A stretch of DNA of 64,000 nucleotides from Euglena gracilis (Eukaryota). The DNA is taken from the NCBI GenBank assembly GCA_039621445.1, contig CP154954.1, forward strand, positions 34,135,737 to 34,199,736, given 5' to 3'. Each line of letters starts with the position of its first letter. Position 1 is the first letter of the stretch. This document shows, in pieces, positions 49,001-61,000 of the stretch. Both the position numbers and the translations under genes were made by a program. Under the pieces are notes generated by a model. The model was not told the DNA's origin. It saw only the letters and a program-made list of their open reading frames with translations, and did not search any database.

Positions 49001-52000
49001 ACCCGCGGCGGGCGTGCGTAAAACGCGGCCGTTACCGCCCCGGAGGCGCAAAATAGCACGTAAGTAACAGAAGCCCCCGAAAAAAGTCATTTTTCGGCCG
49101 TTTTCGACCGAAATCGGCTGCGCCGGCGTTCCAAAAACGAGCGCTCTGCCCCGGCTAGAGGTCGGCGATCCTTTACCTAACTGTTGCGAAGGGCGGGGTG
49201 CGGATAGCCGCAGTTTTGCCCGCGGCGGGCGTGCGTAAAACGCAGCCGTTACCGCCCGAGAGGTGCAAAATAGCAGGTAAGTTACGGACGCCCCCGAAAA
49301 ACGTCATTTCTTGGCCGTTTTCGGCCGAAATCGGCTGCGCCAGCGCTCCAAAAACGAGCGCTTTGCCCCGGCTAGAAGTCGGCGATCCTTTACGTAACTG
49401 TTGCGAAGGGCGGCGGTCGGATAGCCGCAATTTTGTCCGCGGCGGGTGTGCGTAAAATGCAGCCGTTACCGCACAGGAGGTGCAAAATAGCTCGCAAGTA
49501 ACGGACGCCCCCGAAAAACGACATTTTTCGACCGTTTTCGGCCAAAATCGGCTGCGCCGGCGCTCCAAAAACGAGCGCTCTGCCCCGGCTAGAGGTCGGC
49601 GATCCTTTACCTAACTGTTGCGAAGGGCGGCGGGCGGATAGCCGCAACTTTGCCTGCGGCGGGCGTGCGTAAAACGCAGCCGTTACCGCCCGGGAGGCAC
49701 AAAAAAGCACGTAAGTAACGGACGCCCGCAGAAACGTCATTTTCGGCCGTTTTCGGCCGAAATCGGCTGCGCCGGCGCTCCAAAAACGAGCGCTCTGCCC
49801 CGACTACCTTTACCTAACTTTTGCGAAGGGCGACGCTCGGATAGCCTCAATTTTGCTCGCGGCTGGCGTGCGTAAAACGCAGCCGTTACCGCCCGGGAGG
49901 CGCAAAATAGCACGTAAGTAACGGACGCCCCAGAAACGTCATTTTTCGGCCGTTTTCGGCCGAAATCGGCTGCGCCGGCGCTCCAAAAACGAGCGCTCTG
50001 CCCCGGCTAGAGGTCGGCGATCCTTTACCTAACTGTTGCGAAGGGCGGCGGGCGGATAGCCGCAATTTTGCCCGCGGCGGGCGTGCGTAAAACGCAGCCG
50101 TTACCGCCCGGGAGGCGCAAAATAGCACGTAAGTAACGGACGCCCCCAGAAACGTCATTTTTCGGCCGTTTTCGGCCGAAATCGGCTGCGCCGGCGCTCC
50201 AAAAACGAGCGCTCTGCCCCGGCTAGAGGTCGGCGATCCTTTACCTAACTGTTGCGAAGGGCGGCGGGCGGATAGCCGCAATTTTGCCCGCGGCGGGCGG
50301 TGCGGGAGGCGCAAAGTAGCACGTAAGTAACGGACGCCCCCAGAAACGTCATTTTTCGGCCGTTTTCGGCCGAAATCGGCTGCGCCGGCGCTCCAAAAAC
50401 GAGCGCTCTGCCCCGGCTAGAGGTCGGCGATCCTTTACCTAACTGTTGCGAAGGGCGGCGGGCGGATAGCCGCAATTTTGCCCGCGGCGGGCGTGCGTAA
50501 AACGCAGCCGTTACCGCCCGGGAGGCGCAAAATAGCACGTAAGTAACGGACGCCCCCAGAAACGTCATTTTTCGGCCGTTTTCGGCCGAAATCGGCTGCG
50601 CCGGCGCTCCAAAAACGAGCGCTCTGCCCCGGCTAGAGGTCGGCGATCCTTTACCTAACTGTTGCGAAGGGCGGGGTGCGGATAGCCGCAGTTTTGCCCG
50701 CGGCGGGCGTGCGTAAAACGCGGCCGTTACCGCCCAGGAGGTGCAAAATAGCACATAAGTAAACGACGCCCCCCAAAAACGTCATTTTTCGGCCGTTTTC
50801 GGCCGAAATCGGCTGCGCCGGTGCTCCAAAAACGAGCGCTCAGCAGCGAGCAGAATTGCGGCTATCCGCCCGCCGCCCTTCACAACAGTTAGTTAAAGGA
50901 TGACCGACCTCTAGCTGTGGCGGCGGGCGTGCGTAAAACGCAGCCGTTACCGCCCGGGAGGTGCAAAATAGCACGTAAGTAACGGACGCCCCCAGAAACG
51001 TCATTTTTCGGCCGTTTTCGGCCGAAATCGGCTGCGCCGGCGCTCCAAAAACGAGCGCTCTGCCCCGGCTAGAGGTCGGCGATCCTTTACCTAACTGTTG
51101 CGAAGGGTGGCAGGCGGATAGCCGCAGTTTTGCCAGCGGCGGGCGTGCGTAAAACGCGGCCGTTACCGCCCCGGAGGCGCAAAATAGCACGTAAGTAACA
51201 GACGCCCCCGAAAAAAGTCATTTTTCGGCCGTTTTCGACCGAAATCGGCTGCGCCGGCGTTCCAAAAACGAGCGCTCTGCCCCGGCTAGAGGTCGGCGTT
51301 CCTTTACCTAACTGTTGCGAAGGGCGGTGGGTGGATAGCCGCAATTTTGCCGGCGGCGGGCGTGCGTAAAACGCAGCCGTTACCGCCCGGGAGGTACAAA
51401 ATAGCACATAAGTAAACGACGCCCCCCAAAAACGTCATTTTTCGGCCGTTTTCGGCCGAAATCGGCTGCGCCGGTGCTCCAAAAACGAGCGCTCAGCAGC
51501 GAGCAGAATTGCGGCTATCCGCCCGCCGCCCTTCACAACAGTTAGTTAAAGGATGACCGACCTCTAGCTGTGGCGGCGGGCGTGCGTAAAACGCAGCCGT
51601 TACCGCCCGGGAGGTGCAAAATAGCACGTAAGTAACGGACGCCCCCAGAAACGTCATTTTTCGGCCGTTTTCGGCCGAAATCGGCTGCGCCGGCGCTCCA
51701 AAAACGAGCGCTCTGCCCCGGCTAGAGGTCGGCGATCCTTTACCTAACTGTTGCGAAGGGTGGCAGGCGGATAGCCGCAGTTTTGCCAGCGGCGGGCGTG
51801 CGTAAAACGCGGCCGTTACCGCCCCGGAGGCGCAAAATAGCACGTAAGTAACAGACGCTCCCGAAAAAAGTCATTTTTCGGCCGTTTTCGACCGAAATCG
51901 GCTGCGCCAGCGCTCCAAAAACGAGCGCTATGCCCCGGCTAGAGGTCGGCGATCCTTTACCTACCTGTTGCGAAGGGCGGCGGGCGGATAGCCGCAATTT

Positions 52001-55000
52001 TGCTCGCGGCGGGTGTGCGTAGAACGCAGCCGTTACCGCCCGGGAGGCGCAAAATAGCACATAGGTAACCGACGCCCCCGAAAAACGTCATTTTTCGGCC
52101 GTTTTCGGCCGAAATCGGCTGCGCCGTCGCTCCAAAAACGAGCGCTCTGCCCCGGCTAGAGGTCGGCGATCCTTTACTTAACTTTTGCGAAGGGCTGCGG
52201 GCGGATAGCCGCAATTTTGCCCGCGGGGGGCGTGCGTAAAACGCAGCCGTTACCGCCCGGGAGGCGCAAAATAGCACGTAAGTGACGGACGCCCCCCAGA
52301 AACGTCATTTGTCGGCCGCTTTCGGCCAAAATCGGCTGCGCCGGCGCTCCAAAAACGAGCGCTCTGCCCCGGCTAGAGGTCGGCGATCCTTTACCTAACT
52401 GTTGCGAAGGGCGGCGGGCGGATAGCCGCAATTTTGCCCGCGGCGGGCGTGCGTAAAACGCAGCCGTTACCGCCCGACAGGCGCAAAATAGCACGTAAGT
52501 AACGGTCGCCCCCCAAAAAAGTCATTTTTCGGCCGTTTTCGGCCGAAATCGGCTGCGCCGGCGCTCCAAAAACGGGCGCTCTGCCCCGGCTAGAGGTCGG
52601 CGATCCTTTACCTAACTGTTGCGAAGGGCGGCGGGCGGATAGCCGCAATTTTGTCCGCGGCGGGTGTGCGTAAAATGCAGCCGTTACCGCACAGGAGGCG
52701 CAAAATAGCTCGCAAGTAACGGACGCCCCCGAAAAACGACATTTTTCGACCGTTTTCGGCCGAAATCGGCTGCGCCGGCGCTCCAAAAACGAGCGCTCTG
52801 CCCCGGCTAGAGGTCGGCGATCCTTTACCTAACTGTTGCGAAGGGCGGCGGGCGGATAGCCGGAAGTTTGCGGGAAGCGGGCGTGCGTAAAACGCAGCCG
52901 TTACCGCCCGGGAGGCGCAAAAAAGCACGTAAGTAACGGACGCCCCCAGAAACGTCATTTTTCGGCCGTTTTCGGCCGAAATCGGCTGCGCCGGCGCTCC
53001 AAAAACGAGCGCTCTGGCGATCCTTTACGTAACTTTTGCGAAGGGCGACGCTCGGATAGCCTCAATTTTGCTCGCGGCTGGCGTGCGTAAAACGCAGCCG
53101 TTACCGCCCGGGAGGCGCAAAATAGCACGTAAGTAACGGACGCCCCCAGAAACGTCATTTTTCGGCCGTTTTCGGCCGAAATCGGCTGCGCCGGCGCTCC
53201 AAAAACGAGCGCTCTGCCCCGGCTAGAGGTCGGCGATCCTTTACCTAACTGTTGCGAAGGGCGGCGGGCGGATAGCCGCAATTTTGCCCGCGGCGGGCGT
53301 GCGTAAAACGCAGCCGTTACCGCCCGGGAGGCGCAAAATAGCACGTAAGTAACGGACGCCCCCAGAAACGTCATTTTTCGGCCGTTTTCGGCCGAAATCG
53401 GCTGCGCCGGCGCTCCAAAAACGAGCGCTCTGCCCCGGCTAGAGGTCGGCGATCCTTTACCTAACTGTTGCGAAGGGCGGCGGGCGGATAGCCGCAACTT
53501 TGTCCGGGGCGGGGGTGCGTAAAACGCAGCCGTTACCGCCCAGGAGGCGCAAAATAGCACGTAAGTAACGGACGCCCCCAGAAACGTCATTTTTCGGCCG
53601 TTTTCGGCCGAAATCGGCTGCGCCGGCGCTCCAAAAACGAGCGCTCTGCCCCGGCTAGAGGTCGGTGATCCTTTACCTAACTGTTGCGAAAGGCGGGCAG
53701 ATAGCCACAATTTTGCCCGCGGCGGGCGTGCGTAAAACGCAGCCGTTACCGCCCGGGAGGCGCAAAATAGCACGTAAATGAATGACGCTCCCAGAAACGT
53801 CATTTTTCGGCCGTTTTCGGCCGAAATCGGCTGCGCCGGCGCTCCAAAAACGAGCGCTCTGCCCCGACTACCTTAATCTAATTGTTGCGAAGGGCGGCGG
53901 GCGGATAGCCGCAATTTTGCCCGCGGCGGGCGTGCGTAAAACGCAGCCGTTACCGCCCGGGAGGCGCAAAATAGCACGTAAGTAACGGACGCCCCCAGAA
54001 ACGTCATTTTTCGGCCGTTTTCGGCCGAAATCGGCTGCGCCGGCGCTCCAAAAACGAGCGCTCTGCCCCGGCTAGAGGTCGGCGATCCTTTAACAAACAG
54101 TTGCGAAGGGCGGCGGGCGGATAGCCACAATTTTGCCCGCGGCGGGCATGCGTAAAACGCAGCCGTTACCGCCCGGGAGGCGCAAAATAGCACGTAAGTA
54201 ACGGACGCCCCCAGAAACGTCATTTTTCGGCCGTTTTCGGCCGAAATCGGCTGCGCCGGCGCTCCAAAAACGAGCGCTCTGCCCCGGCTAGAGGTCGGCG
54301 ATTTTTTACCTAACTGTTCCGAAGCGCGGCGGGCGGATAGCCGCAATTTTGCCCGCGGCGGGCGTGCGTAAAACGCAGCCGTTACCGCCCGGGAGGCGCA
54401 AAATAGCACGTAAGTAACGGACGCCCCCAGAAACGTCATTTTTCGGCCGTTTTCGGCCGAAATCGGCTGCGCCGGCGCTCCAAAAACGAGCGCTCTGCCC
54501 CGGCTAGAGGTCGGCGATCCTTTACCTAACTGTTGCGAAGGACGGCGGGCGGATAGCCGCAATTTTGCCCGCAGCGGGCGTGCGTAAAACGCAGCCGTTA
54601 CCGCCCGGGAGGCACAAAATAGCACGTAAGTAACGGACGCCCCCAGAAACGTCATTTTTCGGCCGTTTTCGGCCGAAATCGGCTGCGCCGGCGCTCCAAA
54701 ACGAGCGCTCTGCCCCGGCTAGAGGTCGGCGATCCTTTACCTAACTGTTGCGAAGGGCGGCGGGCGGATAGCCGCAATTTTGCCCGCGGCCCGCGTGCGT
54801 AAAACGCAGCCGTTACCGCCCGGGAGGCGCAAAATAGCACGTAAGTAACGGACGCCCCCAGGAACGTCATTTTTCGGCCGTTTTCGGCCGAAATCGGCTG
54901 CGCCGGCGCTCCAAAAACGAGCGCTCTGCCCCGGCTAGAGGTCGGCGATCCTTTACCTAACTGTTGCGAAGGGCGGCGGGCGGATAGCCGCAATTTTGCC

Positions 55001-58000
55001 CGCGGCGGGCGTGCGAAAAACGCAGCCGTTACCGCCCGGGAGGCGCAAAATAGCACGTAAGTAACGGACGCCCCCAGAAACGTCATTTTTCGGCCGTTTT
55101 CGGCCGAAATCGGCTGCGCCGGCGCTCCAAAAACGAGCGCTCTGCCCCGGCTAGAGGTCGGCGATCTTTTACCTAACTGTTGCGAAGCGCGGCGGGCGGA
55201 TAGCCGCAATTTTGCCCGCGGCGGGCGTGCGTAAAACGCAGCCGTTACCGCCCGGGAGGCGCAAAATAGCACGTAAGTAACGGACGCCCCCAGAAACGTC
55301 ATTTTTCGGCCGTTTTCGGCCGAAATCGGCTGCGCCGGCGCTCCAAAAACGAGCGCTCTGCCCCGGCTAGAGGTCGGCGATCCTTTACCTAACTGTTGCG
55401 AAGGGCGGCGGGCGGATAGCCGCAATTTTGCCCGCGCGGGCGTGCGTAAAACGCAGCCGTTACCGCCCGGGAGGCGCAAAATAGCACGTAAGTAACGGAC
55501 GCCCCCAGAAACGTCATTTTTCGGCCGTTTTCGGCCGAAATCGGCTGCGCCGGCGCTCCAAAAACGAGCGCTCTGCCCGGCTAGAGGTCGGCGATCCTTT
55601 ACCTAACTGTTGCGAAGGGCGGCGGGCGGATAGCCGCAATTTTGCCCGCGGGGGCGCGTGCGTAAAACGCAGCCGTTACCGCCCGGGAGGCGCAAAATAG
55701 CACGTAAGTAACGGACGCCCCCAGAAACGTCATTTTTCGGCCGTTTTCGGCCGAAATCGGCTGCGCCGGCGCTCCAAAAACGAGCGCTCTGCCCCGGCTA
55801 GAGGTCGGCGATCCTTTACCTAACTGTTGCGAAGGGCGGCGGGCGGATAGCCGCAATTTTGCCCGCGGCGGGCGTGCGTAAAACGCAGCCGTTACCGCCC
55901 GGGAGGCGCAAAATAGCACGTAAGTAACGGACGCCCCCAGAAACGTCATTTTTCGGCCGTTTTCGGCCGAAATCGGCTGCGCCGGCGCTCCAAAAACGAG
56001 CGCTCTGCCCCGGCTAGAGGTCGGCGATCCTTTACCTAACTGTTGCGAAGGGCGGCGGGCGGATAGCCGCAATTTTGCCCGCGGCGGGCGTGCGTAAAAC
56101 GCAGCCGTTACCGCCCGGGAGGCGCAAAATAGCACGTAAGTAACGGACGCCCCCAGAAACGTCATTTTTCGGCCGTTTTCGGCCGAAATCGGCTGCGCCG
56201 GCGCTCCAAAAACGAGCGCTCTGCCCCGGCTAGAGGTCGGCGATCCTTTACCTAACTGTTGCGAAGGGCGGCGGGCGGATAGCCGCAATTTTGCCCGCGG
56301 GGGGGCGTGCGTAAAACGCAGCCGTTACCGCCCGGGAGGCGCAAAATAGCACGTAAGTAACGGACGCCCCCAGAAACGTCATTTTTCGGCCGTTTTCGGC
56401 CGAAATCGGCTGCGCCGGCGCTCCAAAAACGAGCGCTCTGCCCCGGCTAGAGGTCGGCGATCCTTTACCTAACTGTTGCGAAGGGCGGCGGGCGGATAGC
56501 CGCAATTTTGCCCGCGGGGGGGCGTGCGTAAAACGCAGCCGTTACCGCCCGGGAGGCGCAAAATAGCACGTAAGTAACGGACGCCCCCAGAAACGTCATT
56601 TTTCGGCCGTTTTCGGCCGAAATCGGCTGCGCCGGCGCTCCAAAAACGAGCGCTCTGCCCCGGCTAGAGGTCGGCGATCCTTTACCTAACTGTTGCGAAG
56701 GGCGGCGGGCGGATAGCCGCAATTTTGCCCGCGGGGGGGCGTGCGTAAAACGCAGCCGTTACCGCCCGGGAGGCGCAAAATAGCACGTAAGTAACGGACG
56801 CCCCCAGAAACGTCATTTTTCGGCCGTTTTCGGCCGAAATCGGCTGCGCCGGCGCTCCAAAAACGAGCGCTCTGCCCCGGCTAGAGGTCGGCGATCCTTT
56901 ACCTAACTGTTGCGAAGGGCGGCGGGCGGATAGCCGCAATTTTGCCCGCGGCGGGCGTGCGTAAAACGCAGCCGTTACCGCCCGGGAGGCGCAAAATAGC
57001 ACGTAAGTAACGGACGCCCCCAGAAACGTCATTTTTCGGCCGTTTTCGGCCGAAATCGGCTGCGCCGGCGCTCCAAAAACGAGCGCTCTGCCCCGGCTAG
57101 AGGTCGGCGATCCTTTACCTAACTGTTGCGAAGGGCGGCGGGCGGATAGCCGCAATTTTGCCCGCGGCGGGCGTGCGTAAAACGCAGCCGTTACCGCCCG
57201 GGAGGCGCAAAATAGCACGTAAGTAACGGACGCCCCCAGAAACGTCATTTTTCGGCCGTTTTCGGCCGAAATCGGCTGCGCCGGCGCTCCAAAAACGAGC
57301 GCTCTGCCCCGGCTAGAGGTCGGCGATCCTTTACCTAACTGTTGCGAAGGGCGGCGGGCGGATAGCCGCAGTTTTGCCCGCGGCGGGCGTGCGTAAAACG
57401 CAGCCGTTACCGCCCGGGAGGCGCAAAATAGCACGTAAGTAACGGACGCCCCCAGAAACGTCATTTTTCGGCCGTTTTCGGCCGAAATCGGCTGCGCCGG
57501 CGCTCCAAAAACGAGCGCTCTGCCCCGGCTAGAGGTCGGCGATCCTTTACCTAACTGTTGCGAAGGGCGGCGGGCGGATAGCCGCAATTTTGCCCGCGGC
57601 GGGCGTGCGTAAAACGCAGCCGTTACCGCCCGGGAGGCGCAAAATAGCACGTAAGTAACGGACGCCCCAGAAACGTCATTTTTCGGCCGTTTTCGGCCGA
57701 AATCGGCTGCGCCGGCGCTCCAAAAACGAGCGCTCTGCCCCGGCTAGAGGTCGGCGATCCTTTACCTAACTGTTGCGAAGGGCGGCGGGCGGATAGCCGC
57801 AATTTTGCCCGCGGCGGGCGTGCGTAAAACGCAGCCGTTACCGCCCGGGAGGCGCAAAATAGCACGTAAGTAACGGACGCCCCCAGAAACGTCATTTTTC
57901 GGCCGTTTTCGGCCGAAATCGGCTGCGCCGGCGCTCCAAAAACGGGCACTCTGCGATGGCTAGAGGTCGGCGCTCCTTTACCTAACTGTTGCGAAGGGCG

Positions 58001-61000
58001 GCGGGCGGATAGCCGCAATTTTGCCCGCGGGGGGCGTGCGTAAAACGCAGCCGTTACCGCCCGGGAGGCGCAAAATAGCACGTAAGTAACGGACGCCCCC
58101 AGAAACGTCATTTTTCGGCCGTTTTCGGCCGAAATCGGCTGCGCCGGCGCTCCAAAAACGAGCGCTCTGCCCCGGCTAGAGGTCGGCGATCCTTTACCTA
58201 ACTGTTGCGAAGGGCGGCGGGCGGATAGCCGCAATTTTGCCCGCGGCGGGCGTGCGTAAAACGCAGCCGTTACCGCCCGGGAGGCGCAAAATAGCACGTA
58301 AGTAACGGACGCCCCCAGAAACGTCATTTTTCGGCCGTTTTCGGCCGAAATCGGCTGCGCCGGCGCTCCAAAAACGAGCGCTCTGCCCCGGCTAGAGGTC
58401 GGCGATCCTTACCTAACTGTTGCGAAGGGCGGCGGGCGGATAGCCGCAATTTTGCCTGCGGGGGGGCGTGCCTAAAACGCAGCCGTTACCGCCCGGGAGG
58501 CGCAAAATAGCACGGAAGTAACGGACGCCCCAAAAAACGTCATTTTTCGGCCGTTTTCGGCCGAAATCGGCTGCGCCGGCGCTCCAAAAACGAGCGCTCT
58601 GCCCCGGCTAGAGGTCGGCGCTCCTTTACCTAACTGTTGCGAAGGGCGGCGGGCGGATAGCCGCAATTTTGCCCGCGGCGGGCGTGCGTAAAACGCAGCC
58701 GTTACCGCCCGGGAGGCGCAAAATAGCACGTAAGTAACGGACGCCCCCAGAAACGTCATTTTTCGGCCGTTTTCGGCCGAAATCGGCTGCGCCGGCGCTC
58801 CAAAAACGAGCGCTCTGCCCCGGCTAGAGGTCGGCGATCCTTTACCTAACTGTTGCGAAGGGCGGCGGGCGGATAGCCGCAATTTTGCCCGCGGGGGGCG
58901 TGCGTAAAACGCAGCCGTTACCGCCCGGGAGGCGCAAAATAGCACGTAAGTAACGGACGCCCCCGGAAACGTCATTTTTCGGCCGTTTTCGGCCGAAATC
59001 GGCTGCGCCGGCGCTCCAAAAACGAGCGCTCTGCCCCGGCTAGAGGTCGGCGATCCTTTACCTAACTGTTGCGAAGGGCGGCGGGCGGATAGCCGCAATT
59101 TTGCCCGCGGCGGGCGTGCGTAAAACGCAGCCGTTACCGCCCGGGAGGCGCAAAATAGCACGTAAGTAACGGACGCCCCCAGAAACGTCATTTTTCGGCC
59201 GTTTTCGGCCGAAATCGGCTGCGCCGGCGCTCCAAAAACGAGCGCTCTGCCCCGGCTAGAGGTCGGCGATCCTTTACCTAACTGTTGCGAAGGGCGGCGG
59301 GCGGATAGCCGCAATTTTGCCCGCGGCGGGCGTGCGTAAAACGCAGCCGTTACCGCCCGGGAGGCGCAAAATAGCACGTAAGTAACGGACGCCCCCAGAA
59401 ACGTCATTTTTCGGCCGTTTTCGGCCGAAATCGGCTGCGCCGGCGCTCCAAAAACGAGCGCTCTGCCCCGGCTAGAGGTCGGCGATCCTTTACCTAACTG
59501 TTGCGAAGGGCGGCGGGCGGATAGCCGCAATTTTGCCCGCGGCGGGTGTGCGTAAAACGCAGCCGTTACCGCCCGGGAGGCGCAAAATAGCACGTAAGTA
59601 ACGTCATTTTTCGGCCGTTTTCGGCCGAAATCGGCTGCGCCGGCGCTCCAAAAACGAGCGCTCTGCCCCGGCTAGAGGTCGGCGCTCCTTTACCTAACTG
59701 TTGCGAAGGGCGGCGGGCGGATAGCCGCAATTTTGCCCGCGGCGGGCGTGCGTAAAACGCAGCCGTTACCGCCCGGGAGGCGCAAAATAGCACGTAAGTA
59801 ACGGACGCCCCCAGAAACGTCATTTTTCGGCCGTTTTCGGCCGAAATCGGCTGCGCCGGCGCTCCAAAAACGAGCGCTCTGCCCCGGCTAGAGGTCGGCG
59901 ATCCTTTACCTAACTGTTGCGAAGGGCGGCGGGCGGATAGCCGCAATTTTGCCCGCGGGGGGGCGTGCGTAAAACGCAGCCGTTACCGCCCGGGAGGCGC
60001 AAAATAGCACGTAAGTAACGGACGCCCCAGAAACGTCATTTTTCGGCCGTTTTCGGCCGAAATCGGCTGCGCCGGCGCTCCAAAAACGAGCGCTCTGCCC
60101 CGGCTAGAGGTCGGCGATCCTTTACCTAACTGTTGCGAAGGGCGGCGGGCGGATAGCCGCAATTTTGCCCGCGGGGGCGTGCGTAAAACGCAGCCGTTAC
60201 CGCCCGGGAGGCGCAAAATAGCACGTAAGTAACGGACGCCCCCAGAAACGTCATTTTTCGGCCGTTTTCGGCCGAAATCGGCTGCGCCGGCGCTCCAAAA
60301 ACGAGCGCTCTGCCCCGGCTAGAGGTCGGCGATCCTTTACCTAACTGGCGGATAGCCGCAATTTTGCCCGCGGGGGGGCGTGCGTAAAACGCAGCCGTTA
60401 CCGCCCGGGAGGCGCAAAATAGCACGTAAGTAACGGACGCCCAGAAACGTCATTTTTCGGCCGTTTTCGGCCGAAATCGGCTGCGCCGGCGCTCCAAAAA
60501 CGAGCGCTCTGCCCCGGCTAGAGGTCGGCGATCCTTTACCTAACTGTTGCGAAGGGCGGCGGGCGGATAGCCGCAATTTTGCCCGCGGCGGGCGTGCGTA
60601 AAAACGCAGCCGTTACCGCCCGGGAGGCGCAAAATAGCACGTAAGTAACGGACGCCCCCAGAAACGTCATTTTTCGGCCGTTTTCGGCCGAAATCGGCTG
60701 CGCCGGCGCTCCAAAAACGAGCGCTCTGCCCCGGCTAGAGGTCGGCGATCCTTTACTAAAGGTTGCAAAGGGCGGAGGGCGGATAGCCGCAATTTTGCCC
60801 GCGGCGGGCGTGCGTAAAACGCAGCCGTTACCGCCCGGGAGGCGCAAAATAGCACGTAAGTAACGGACGCCCCCAGAAACGTCATTTTTCGGCCGTTTTC
60901 GGCCGAAATCGGCTGCGCCGGCGCTCCAAAAACGAGCGCTCTGCCCCGGCTAGAGGTCGGCGATCCTTTACCTAACTGTTGCGAAGGGCGGCGGGCGGAT

